Assembly (NCBI GenBank): GCA_035292445.1
Contig: DATDQB010000017.1
Span: forward strand, 55,051-119,050
Length of the DNA: 64,000 nt
Direction of reading: 5' to 3'
Source: Candidatus Omnitrophota bacterium
GTDB lineage: Bacteria; Omnitrophota; Gorgyraeia; Zapsychrales; Zapsychraceae
How positions within the stretch are numbered: position 1 is the first letter of the stretch; each line of letters begins with the position of its first letter. The notes under the pieces are model-generated. The model ran no database searches. It saw nothing but the letters and a program-made list of their open reading frames with translations, and was not told the DNA's origin. Of the stretch, positions 1 through 7,860 are shown piece after piece. Position numbers and translations under genes: made by a program.

Positions 1-1
1 C

Positions 2-3000
2 GGGATTAAAATCCCTGACGATGAGGCGATGGGGACCGACCCCGCCATGCTGGGGGAAGAGCAGGCGCCAGACACCAGACGCCAAACGCAAGACGATCGC
101 GACGAAGCGATGGCAACCGAAGATGAGGAAGGGCTAAAAAGTTTGATCCGTCAATTGGCGAGCGGTAATAACGTGGATCCAATCGGCGTCCGCAGGCCGG
201 CACCTGCGGGGCCCGTCATAGACATAGCTTCCGCAATGAAATACGACTTTGCTTCTGATGGCGCGGATAACAAGCTGAATAGATGGAATTTGCGGTTTGA
301 AAATTATGAAATCAAAAGCATCAACCTGACAGATGGCGTTTATTATGCGGAATTTCGTTCTTTAGGAAATGCTTTGGGCGCACCGCACATCAGGCATGGT
401 TTAATCAACTCTCGGCAGCTTGATCAGATCATAAGGACGTTAAACAAGATAAGCCCACTCAATTTTATTGAGTTTGAAGGTCTGTTCAGGTATTACAGCG
501 GCTTTCTTGCCCCGCTAGAGGTAAATGAGAGCGAAGACGCCGTATCTTTTAGCTTGAGATGGAGCGGCCGCTCGTTGGATGGATATAAAATTGATGCATC
601 TGAACTTAAGGAGCATCGAGAGGTCGGGTTGACGCTAACAACGCCCAGCGGTGAAAAATCGGTGTTTATGAAAACCTCTGATTTTCTTAATTGGGTTATC
701 GCTCTCCAGCATTTATCGGCAGAAGGCAGGGTGGAGGAATTCAAGGGGCTTTTTGACCGCGAAGATAACGGCGGAATGATGGGCTTTGATTATGACTATA
801 AACTCCTTGATTTTGTAAAGCGACCCCCGCCGGCTTCAACGCCCATTAAGCAACCAAGAACCCTAGAGCAATTATATGATATCATTGCGGGCGCTGAAGC
901 CGGTGCAGCGCTATCCTCCTATACGTTACGCACCTATGACCCTCATAAAAGCATAACCATTACGGTCCTTGCTTACTTTTCCGATGATATTTTTGTTATT
1001 GAGTATTCCAGACCGGAAGAGAGTGGCCACCCCGCCATCAAAAGGCGCGGGTTGCTTAGAAAATATGATCTTGATCAGATGATTTTCGATAAGTATGATT
1101 CCATCAAAACATATATGGACTCCTATGATGCGGAAAGGCTCCCGAGAGAAATGTTTTATGTAGAAAAAACGGCTGAAAAGCTGGAGAAAAATGCATCAAG
1201 CCAATATGAGATCACCCTGGGCAGCTTCCATTATTACCACAATACCAATAAAATCGAGGCCAGTTTTGATCCGGCCATCCCGGATGATGTATCTGTTGAA
1301 ATTTATGATTTAGAAAAAGGGGTTCGGGTCAAAAAATCCGGTACGATGGGCTTTTTTGATTTTTTTGAGATAATAAAAACGGTGTATTTCGGAAGCTATG
1401 GTAATTCGTTCTTAATGGGTGCTCTGTCTGACATGCTCTTACTGAATGATTCTGCGAGCATGATCGCTGATAAGGATTATGGCGCGCGCAAAACCCTCGT
1501 GGCCATACGTTACATCAGGTCATGGCTTAATTCTGATGTGTTTAAGGCGAGCGTCTATAAACCTAAAATGCTGCCGAGCGCGGTCGATCTAACCGTGCAG
1601 AATATAATTCGATTTGACCGATCATTGGATGATGAAATTCAAGAAATTGTTGCCGCTTTATTCGGGGAAATGGGCGCCGCCCTGGGATTAAAAATAGAGA
1701 TATCAAAACGGGAGAACGGCACCTATATACACATCCGCCGAAAGCACGTATTAGGAAAAATTAAAGCTAACGTAACCGAATCAATAGACGACTTTACAAA
1801 AGGAATCCGCCAAAGCATGGGAACATGGTTAAAAGATTTTGAATCTCAGCTGTGGATTGTCCACGCACGGGAAGACGGTTTTGAGGTCATGGACCGACAA
1901 TCCGGCCGCAAGCCAGACCCCGCCATGCTTGGGGAAGAAGAGACGCCAGACGCCAGACGCCAGACACCACATGAACGCGATGAGGCGATGTTAAATATAA
2001 CCTTGAGAGAAGAAATGACTGCGGGAGAACTTGCCGAAAGACTGGGCATTAATATTGAAAGCATAGTTCTTATCTATGGAGAAAATGAAGAGCTGCCTCT
2101 TTTTATTCACCCGACACAAAACCATCCCAATCTGCCTTTAGAAACACAACGCACATATTACATAGACACAAAGAATTTGGATTCTGGAGTTCTGGCCCGA
2201 CTTTTTAATGCGGATTTCATCGGTGGCGTTGGTATTTCAGACATTAAAGAACTGCCTGAAGAAGAAGAGCTTGAAATGCGTTTCAAGATGGCATCGCAAC
2301 AAGTTACGCAAGCTCAAAAAGATTTAGAAGAAGCTCAGCGATCCGCTGATCGCACTGGAAATTATTCGCTAGTTCGTTCTAAAGATAGACTGTTAGAGCT
2401 TGAATTAGCCAACATGGATCGTACGTTAAAAGAACTGCAAAAATTTCGTACGCGAAAGGAAGGTGGCCAAAAGAAAGCTGATGAGGCGATGATGGGGAAG
2501 GAAGAACCGCACATCGTAGATCGCACTTCGTACATCGAAAAAGATAAGGCAATGACAGCTGTTAAACTTAGAGGTTTTACACATTTGGAGCCAACTAGTG
2601 GACGCAGATTTAATGAGGCTGTCTTTGATCTGGAGGGGGTTAACGAACCTGAAACGAACAATACCCACAGAAGATACAGAGAAAATATCGAACAATTGTT
2701 ATCAGATCATGAAGAAATACTCAAAGAACAGGAAAAATTACTTGCCGAAATAGAATCCGCTCTTGACCAAGGAAAAACAGTGGCTATCGGTGTCGAAGAA
2801 GATAGTCAAGGAGTTCAAGAAATCCAACTTGATGCGAGTTTCATTTTAGATCAGATCGTTGAACTCATGCGCATGAGAGGTTTTACTGCCCCCGAAGAGA
2901 AAGCCAGACAGGTATATTTATTAGGAAACGGTGTGGCAAGTTATCTCGTAGCGCTTAAGAAAAATATCCATCTGTTTCCGCTTGAAAACCAAGAATTACG

Positions 3001-3673
3001 TCAACAATCGGGTTCGCTTGCTAGGGAATATGCTGAAATATCGGAAAAATTGAAACCTATATTAATGGGAATTGCTGAATCTGAATTCATTTTATTCGAT
3101 GACACGCTGTATGAAGTAATACTGTCAATCAATGACCCGGATGAGATCTATACAACAATCAACAAATCTGCCGATGCGCTACTAGCAAAATTCCTTGGCA
3201 CTGAACATGAAGCCGATATACGCAGAATGATCGCAATCGCCTCAAAATTCATTCAAAATGCGAGGGAAAGAGAGAAGCCGATGGCAGCTGCAATCAAGGA
3301 ACATGTTCGATCCTATCCGGATTATATTACATTTATTCTTGTTGGCTCCAGCCATGTGGCTGGCTTAAACAGACTTCTAAACAAAAAAGATCAAGAAGTT
3401 GGTGGTATCGATCTTAACCCGCAACTCTTGGACCTTCAGATCAAACGCGATGAAAAGGGAGTACCGCTTCCCGTCAACATGCAGCCCATTCATAATATTC
3501 ATATCGAAGGATTCCTGCCGATCATTATCAACATAACACCGATCAATGTGTCGTTGCCGGTGTATTTGGGATTGGAGGGAGATGGGGAGGATGACACACA
3601 ATTTGGGTTTCAGGATGAATATAAGGCGAGGGAACCGGAGAAAATAAGTTTATTGGATAATAATCTCCAATAA
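2..3673 (+). CDS. 3' part of a giant modular protein (5'-truncated by the window edge) with DxAM linkers and a C-terminal GGIDLNP domain
   Basis: The frame of ORF 29..3673 stays open to the left edge (GIKIPDDEAM precedes the annotated M). It has three 25-aa DxAM...DxAM linkers and the C-terminal segment VGGIDLNPQLLDLQIKRDEKGVPLP...EGFLPIIINITP. Confidence 0.85.
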   Translation, partial: GIKIPDDEAMGTDPAMLGEEQAPDTRRQTQDDRDEAMATEDEEGLKSLIRQLASGNNVDPIGVRRPAPAGPVIDIASAMKYDFASDGADNKLNRWNLRFENYEIKSINLTDGVYYAEFRSLGNALGAPHIRHGLINSRQLDQIIRTLNKISPLNFIEFEGLFRYYSGFLAPLEVNESEDAVSFSLRWSGRSLDGYKIDASELKEHREVGLTLTTPSGEKSVFMKTSDFLNWVIALQHLSAEGRVEEFKGLFDREDNGGMMGFDYDYKLLDFVKRPPPASTPIKQPRTLEQLYDIIAGAEAGAALSSYTLRTYDPHKSITITVLAYFSDDIFVIEYSRPEESGHPAIKRRGLLRKYDLDQMIFDKYDSIKTYMDSYDAERLPREMFYVEKTAEKLEKNASSQYEITLGSFHYYHNTNKIEASFDPAIPDDVSVEIYDLEKGVRVKKSGTMGFFDFFEIIKTVYFGSYGNSFLMGALSDMLLLNDSASMIADKDYGARKTLVAIRYIRSWLNSDVFKASVYKPKMLPSAVDLTVQNIIRFDRSLDDEIQEIVAALFGEMGAALGLKIEISKRENGTYIHIRRKHVLGKIKANVTESIDDFTKGIRQSMGTWLKDFESQLWIVHAREDGFEVMDRQSGRKPDPAMLGEEETPDARRQTPHERDEAMLNITLREEMTAGELAERLGINIESIVLIYGENEELPLFIHPTQNHPNLPLETQRTYYIDTKNLDSGVLARLFNADFIGGVGISDIKELPEEEELEMRFKMASQQVTQAQKDLEEAQRSADRTGNYSLVRSKDRLLELELANMDRTLKELQKFRTRKEGGQKKADEAMMGKEEPHIVDRTSYIEKDKAMTAVKLRGFTHLEPTSGRRFNEAVFDLEGVNEPETNNTHRRYRENIEQLLSDHEEILKEQEKLLAEIESALDQGKTVAIGVEEDSQGVQEIQLDASFILDQIVELMRMRGFTAPEEKARQVYLLGNGVASYLVALKKNIHLFPLENQELRQQSGSLAREYAEISEKLKPILMGIAESEFILFDDTLYEVILSINDPDEIYTTINKSADALLAKFLGTEHEADIRRMIAIASKFIQNAREREKPMAAAIKEHVRSYPDYITFILVGSSHVAGLNRLLNKKDQEVGGIDLNPQLLDLQIKRDEKGVPLPVNMQPIHNIHIEGFLPIIINITPINVSLPVYLGLEGDGEDDTQFGFQDEYKAREPEKISLLDNNLQ
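38..112 (+). repeat. In-frame 75-bp linker 1 (DPAMLGEEQAPDTRRQTQDDRDEAM) with a 4x7-bp array
   Basis: Heptamers cgccaga caccaga cgccaaa cgcaaga at 66-93; near-copy of 1916-1990. Confidence 0.9.
1916..1990 (+). repeat. In-frame 75-bp linker 2 (DPAMLGEEETPDARRQTPHERDEAM) with a 4x7-bp array
   Basis: Heptamers cgccaga cgccaga cgccaga caccaca at 1944-1971. Confidence 0.9.
2480..2554 (+). repeat. In-frame 75-bp linker 3 (DEAMMGKEEPHIVDRTSYIEKDKAM) with a different 4x7-bp array
   Basis: Heptamers cgcacat cgtagat cgcactt cgtacat at 2508-2535; same length and same 28-nt offset as linkers 1 and 2. Confidence 0.85.
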
Positions 3674-3674
3674 A

Positions 3675-3788
3675 CAAATCCCAAATACCAAACAATATAC
3701 AAACAACAATGACCAAAACTAAAAAATTGGTTATTGGGATTTGAATATTGTGATTTGTTTGGAATTTGGGCTTTGGAATTTGGAAATT
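3675..3788. repeat. Inverted heptamer array (CAAATNC / TTGGAAT family) between convergent genes; possible bidirectional terminator
   Basis: caaatcc caaatac caaacaa ... ttggaat ttgggct ttggaat ttggaaa. Confidence 0.75.
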
Positions 3789-3797
3789 AACTTTCCA

Positions 3798-4754
3798 TCA
3801 CCAAATAATTGATTTCACGCTTTTGGGCATTCCATGAATTTTCCCCACAAACCGCACTTCACGAATAAGGTCAAGATTAAACTTTTCCTTAGCCAGCGCC
3901 GCCATCATTTTGTGCAGCTCGAACACGTCTTTCGCCGTGCCGTTCTTTCTTTTGATGATAATATTGGCATGTTTGGGGAAGATATAAGCCCCGCCGGATT
4001 TTAAAGATTTGCCGCCGGCCTGCTCAAGAAACCACCCTGTGGCCTGGCGTTTTCCAGCCTTGGAGGTGGGTTCAATGTTGCGAAAGAATGATCCGGCACA
4101 AGGTTCTTGGGCAAGGTCAGGATGTTTCTCGTGACGCGTTTTTAAAATACCTTCACGCTCTTTAAGCAGTTCTGCCGGATCACCCTCTTTGAAGCTCAAC
4201 GTAACATCAACAACGATATCACCCGTCTCCTTGAGCTTTGAATGGCGGTAGGAGAAACCGCATTCCTTAGCCTGCGCCGTTCTAAGCGTCCCGGAGGAAG
4301 AGAGCAGGCTGACGCTTTTAACCATATCGCCGATCTGCTTGCCGAAAGCCCCCGCATTACCAACGACCGCGCCGCCCACTGTCCCCGGAATGCCGCTGCA
4401 GGTATTAATTCCTTCATAACCCAATTCGGCGGCAAAGACAGCCAGATCATCAAGGATCGTGCTGCCGGAAACTGTTAAGCTGTTATCGCCTTCTTCAATA
4501 TAGGGTGTCTTGCTGAAATAGCGGATCACGTGGCAATCCAGGCCCTCATCGGCAACGACCAGGTTTGACCCGCCGCCGATCAGGATGAATTTTTCTTTCT
4601 TTGCATAAAGCTCTTTGACCGCATCTATTAACTGCCGGGGCGTTTCACAATTGATAAGCCCCTTGCACGCTCCGCCCAAGCGGAAGGTTGTGTAATCGGA
4701 TAATCTGGCATTTTTAATAATTTCATGGGAGAGAGGAAAAATGATTGATTCCAT
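3798..4754 (-). CDS. murB: UDP-N-acetylenolpyruvoylglucosamine reductase
   Basis: Motifs TTFRLGG, IGGGSNL, GIPGTVGGAVVGNAGAFG, FSYRHS, AGSFFRN, HANII. Confidence 0.95.
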   Translation of the reverse strand: MESIIFPLSHEIIKNARLSDYTTFRLGGACKGLINCETPRQLIDAVKELYAKKEKFILIGGGSNLVVADEGLDCHVIRYFSKTPYIEEGDNSLTVSGSTILDDLAVFAAELGYEGINTCSGIPGTVGGAVVGNAGAFGKQIGDMVKSVSLLSSSGTLRTAQAKECGFSYRHSKLKETGDIVVDVTLSFKEGDPAELLKEREGILKTRHEKHPDLAQEPCAGSFFRNIEPTSKAGKRQATGWFLEQAGGKSLKSGGAYIFPKHANIIIKRKNGTAKDVFELHKMMAALAKEKFNLDLIREVRFVGKIHGMPKSVKSIIW

Positions 4755-4760
4755 TTAATT

Positions 4761-4816
4761 GTAGGGGCGGACTTTACGTCCGCCCGATTAAGGGCAGGTG
4801 CAAGACCTGCCCCTAC
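4761..4816. repeat. GTAG-type REP doublet (REPIN-like)
   Basis: GTAGGGGCGGAC-tttac-GTCCGCCC, a short spacer, then GGGCAGGT-gcaag-ACCTGCCCCTAC. Two imperfect palindromes in inverted orientation with GTAG/CTAC ends. Confidence 0.8.
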
Positions 4817-4818
4817 AT

Positions 4819-6390
4819 TTATTTGACCGTTTCTTTAAATCGATGACGTAGCGCCTCGATGCCGTCTTTGATGGCAAAAATATTCTCGTAACCTTCTTCG
4901 CGCAGCATCTGCGCCAATTGGGAGCTGCGTACGCCCATGCTGCAAAACAGAAGGTATTTCTTATTTTTGGCAAAAGGGGAGGTGTCGCCCGTGACCCGGC
5001 TTAAAGGAACATGTTCACTTTTGATTTCCATGAGTGGACTATCCGCCCGCTCTTCGGCTTCCCTGACATCGACCAACGTAAAACTTTTCAGCAAATCGGC
5101 ATTTAAGGCGTGGCAATCAATAAGAAATTCCGCCAACGGCTCATAATGCTCTTTACTGATCTGTGTGATGACGGCGTCTTTGCCGCACAGAGGGCAACGG
5201 CTTTCCGGTTTGATCTTCAAACGCCTGATATGGAAATCGGCGACGTTAAGAATCAACAATTCGTTCTCGAACACTTTCTGCATGTTTAGAATGATCCGGA
5301 TCGCTTCCATGGCCTGCAGATGGCCGAAAATGTTGGGGATGACGCCCAGGACGCCTCCGTCGACACATGTTCCCACGCAACCAGGTGTTGGAACGGAAGG
5401 CCACAAACAGCGCAGGCACCCTTTTTGAGAAGGGAGCATGACCCGCAACTGGCCTTCCCATTGAAAAATGCCTGCCTGGATGAGCGTCTTGCGGTTAAGA
5501 AAGCAGGCGTCGTTCAAAAGATATTTTGTTTTAATGTCATCGGTGCAATCAAGGACGATGTCATAGTTCTCGATAAGCCGTTGCGCGTTCTCAAGGTTCA
5601 GGTGTTCCTGGTGCGCGTTGATGGTAACGGAAGGGTTGAGCGAATTGATCTTTTCCTTGGCCACCTGGACCTTGGGCCGGCCGATGTCATCGAACCCGTA
5701 AAGGAACTGGCGGTGGAGGTTGCTGAGCTCAACTTTATCGTGTTCGCAAATGCCTATCGTGCCGACACCCGCCCCTGATAAGCTCATGAGCGCCGGGCAG
5801 CCCAAACCGCCGACGCCCACGATCAAAACCTTGGCCTCTTTCAATTTCTTTTGGCCTTCGGCGCCGACCTCGGGAAGATTGATCTGACGGGCGTAGTAAT
5901 CACTTTCTTCGGGTAACCGGTAACCGGTAACCGGTAACGGCGTGGAGTTACCTGTTACCTGTTTCCCGTACTCCGTTGATTTACAACCCACCCATCCCGA
6001 ATCGCCGCCCGCGTAATATTCCTTTTTCCAAATTGGCAACCGCTTTTTTATCTCATCTATGATATATCGGCAGGCTTTAAAAGCCTCATCGCGATGGGCG
6101 GCCAAGCATCCGACCCACACGGCCATTTGACCGACCTCAATGATCCCCAAGCGATGATAACAGCGAAGTTCGATCGTTGAGAATTTTTCCTTCGCCTCCC
6201 GAAAAATCTCCTCGGCCTCCTTCGTGCACAAGGTTTCTTCGGCTTCGTATTCCAGCCGCAGCACTTTCTTGCCATCGCTATGATCGCGCACACGGCCCTC
6301 AAATGTGGCGAAGGCTCCGGCGCTATCGGCGGTGAAGCCCTCTTTAATGTTGATGCGTTCTAAGGGGAGTGAGGTTAGTTTAAACATCAT
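4819..6390 (-). CDS. MoaE-MoeB(ThiF)-rhodanese fusion (molybdopterin synthase large subunit plus sulfur-carrier adenylyltransferase)
   Basis: MoaE motifs (FEGRVRDH, HRLG, AAHR, LPIWKKE), ThiF/MoeB motifs (YARQ, GVGGLG, SNLHRQ, CxxC pairs) and a C-terminal rhodanese (DVRE, CSMGVRS). Start moved to ATG 6390/6387 because the annotated extension is translated repeat. Confidence 0.9.
   Translation of the reverse strand: MMFKLTSLPLERINIKEGFTADSAGAFATFEGRVRDHSDGKKVLRLEYEAEETLCTKEAEEIFREAKEKFSTIELRCYHRLGIIEVGQMAVWVGCLAAHRDEAFKACRYIIDEIKKRLPIWKKEYYAGGDSGWVGCKSTEYGKQVTGNSTPLPVTGYRLPEESDYYARQINLPEVGAEGQKKLKEAKVLIVGVGGLGCPALMSLSGAGVGTIGICEHDKVELSNLHRQFLYGFDDIGRPKVQVAKEKINSLNPSVTINAHQEHLNLENAQRLIENYDIVLDCTDDIKTKYLLNDACFLNRKTLIQAGIFQWEGQLRVMLPSQKGCLRCLWPSVPTPGCVGTCVDGGVLGVIPNIFGHLQAMEAIRIILNMQKVFENELLILNVADFHIRRLKIKPESRCPLCGKDAVITQISKEHYEPLAEFLIDCHALNADLLKSFTLVDVREAEERADSPLMEIKSEHVPLSRVTGDTSPFAKNKKYLLFCSMGVRSSQLAQMLREEGYENIFAIKDGIEALRHRFKETVK
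5911..5970. repeat. Inverted heptamer array (GGTAACN/GTTACCN family) translated in-frame at the MoaE-MoeB junction
   Basis: gggtaac cggtaac cggtaac cggtaac ... gttacct gttacct gtttccc; encodes YGKQVTGNSTPLPVTGYRLP. Confidence 0.9.
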
Positions 6391-6450
6391 TCGTTGTTCG
6401 TTGTTCGTTGTTCGTTGCTCGCGAACAACGAGCAACTAGCAACGAGCAAC
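6391..6450. repeat. Inverted heptamer array (TCGTTGT family)
   Basis: tcgttgt x3, tcgttgc, centre tcgcga, then acaacga gcaacta gcaacga gcaac. Confidence 0.9.
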
Positions 6451-6459
6451 AAAACTCTA

Positions 6460-6714
6460 TTAATATGTAATTTTCACTGTGCCTTTCAGGATGCTACATT
6501 GGCAACTCAAACGGTTATTGCGGTCCATCCCAAGCTCTTTTTCCTCATCGTTCAGATCGCCCAAATTATCCGCGCCTTCCTGCACTTCGATCTGGCACGT
6601 GCCGCACACGCCGGAATTGCAGCTGAAGGGGATCCCGGATTTCTCACAGACCTCATCGATCCTTGCGCCATCGGGAATATCGTGTTCTTCACCGTCTATG
6701 ATCAACTTTGCCAT
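6460..6714 (-). CDS. 2Fe-2S ferredoxin
   Basis: CNSGVCGTC and RLSCQ motifs. Confidence 0.92.
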   Translation of the reverse strand: MAKLIIDGEEHDIPDGARIDEVCEKSGIPFSCNSGVCGTCQIEVQEGADNLGDLNDEEKELGMDRNNRLSCQCSILKGTVKITY

Positions 6715-6723
6715 AAGGAATTA

Positions 6724-6830
6724 AGTTAATAGTAAATAGTTAATGGCAAATAGTGTTATCGTTCTAAATGGGGCTTCGTCGCCTTTTTGTCATTTCCCCT
6801 ATTAACTATTAACTATTTACCATTAACACT
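6724..6830. repeat. Inverted heptamer array (AGTTAAT/CTATTAA family)
   Basis: agttaat agtaaat agttaat ggcaaat ... ctattaa ctattaa ctattta ccattaa. Confidence 0.85.
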
Positions 6831-6831
6831 T

Positions 6832-7767
6832 TCATTTTAATGCGTTTTCTATCTCCGGTAAAGCAAAGACAATATTCTTTTCCGGGTTCTCAAAGGCATG
6901 AACTTTGGAGTTGGGGAAATGCTCGTTAATGCGTCCGATCAGCTCATCCACAATGACGCGCGGCACGGAAGCGCCGGAGGAGATGCCGACCTTTCGCTTG
7001 CCCTTAAGCACATTGAAATCCAGCTCATCCGCATTGTCGATGATGTAGCTTTCGCAGCCGCCCTTTTCCCCGGTCTCGCGAAGGCGGTTGCTGTTGGAGC
7101 TGTTAGGGGAGCCGCAAATGATGATGCAATCGCAAAAGGAAGCGAGTTCCTTGACGGCATCCTGGCGGTTTTGGGTGGCGTAGCACAGATCCGAACGGGG
7201 CGGGGCCTGCATCTGCGGGTATTTCTCTTTTAACTTGCGGATCATCTGGGTGGTTTCATCCACGGAAAGGGTCGTTTGGGTGACAACGGCAACGGTTGCC
7301 TGCGGGGCGATATCCAAATTCTCAATGTCACTTTCGTCCTCTACAATATGAAGATATTCAGGGTCGACATACCCGGCCGTGCCTTTCAGCTCCTGGTGGC
7401 CGCGGTGGCCGATCAAAACGGTTTCATAATGTTTCTGGGAAAATTTACTGGCTTCGTTATGGACCTTGGTCACCAAAGGACAGGTGGCATCGACAAAACG
7501 CAGCTTTCTTTTCCTGGCATCCTGCACAACAGCAGGGGGAACGCCGTGGGCGCTGAAGATAATCCTTGAGCCTTCCGGCACTTCATTGACGTCCTCCACA
7601 AAGATCGCGCCTTTTTGACGAAACTCGTTGACTACGTAAGTGTTGTGGACGATTTCGTGGTAAACGTAAAGAGGGGGGCCGTATTGCTCAAGCGCCCTAT
7701 CGACTATGTCGATGGCGAATGACACGCCCGCGCAGAAACCTTGGGTTTTAGCAAGATAAATGTCCAT
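6832..7767 (-). CDS. ispH: 4-hydroxy-3-methylbut-2-enyl diphosphate reductase
   Basis: GFCAGV, EIVHN, SAHG, DATCPLVTKVH, CYATQNRQ, SSNSNRL. Confidence 0.97.
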   Translation of the reverse strand: MDIYLAKTQGFCAGVSFAIDIVDRALEQYGPPLYVYHEIVHNTYVVNEFRQKGAIFVEDVNEVPEGSRIIFSAHGVPPAVVQDARKRKLRFVDATCPLVTKVHNEASKFSQKHYETVLIGHRGHQELKGTAGYVDPEYLHIVEDESDIENLDIAPQATVAVVTQTTLSVDETTQMIRKLKEKYPQMQAPPRSDLCYATQNRQDAVKELASFCDCIIICGSPNSSNSNRLRETGEKGGCESYIIDNADELDFNVLKGKRKVGISSGASVPRVIVDELIGRINEHFPNSKVHAFENPEKNIVFALPEIENALK

Positions 7768-7860
7768 GTAAGCTATTTATTGAATTATTATTAGTATTAC
7801 TTTATAATTGGTGATAATTATAACACTAAATTTTGTAAAGTAAACTCTGATTTCGACCCT

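Noticed and set aside
38-2554. Linker repeats or heptamer arrays as a CRISPR array
   Set aside because: Spacing is hundreds to thousands of bases and in-frame coding, units are 7 bp, and there are no cas genes in the window.
6391-6435. N-terminal extension MLVVREQRTTNNEQR of the MoaE fusion, and ORF 6394..6729
   Set aside because: These are translations of the heptamer array; MoaE similarity begins at ATG 6390/6387.
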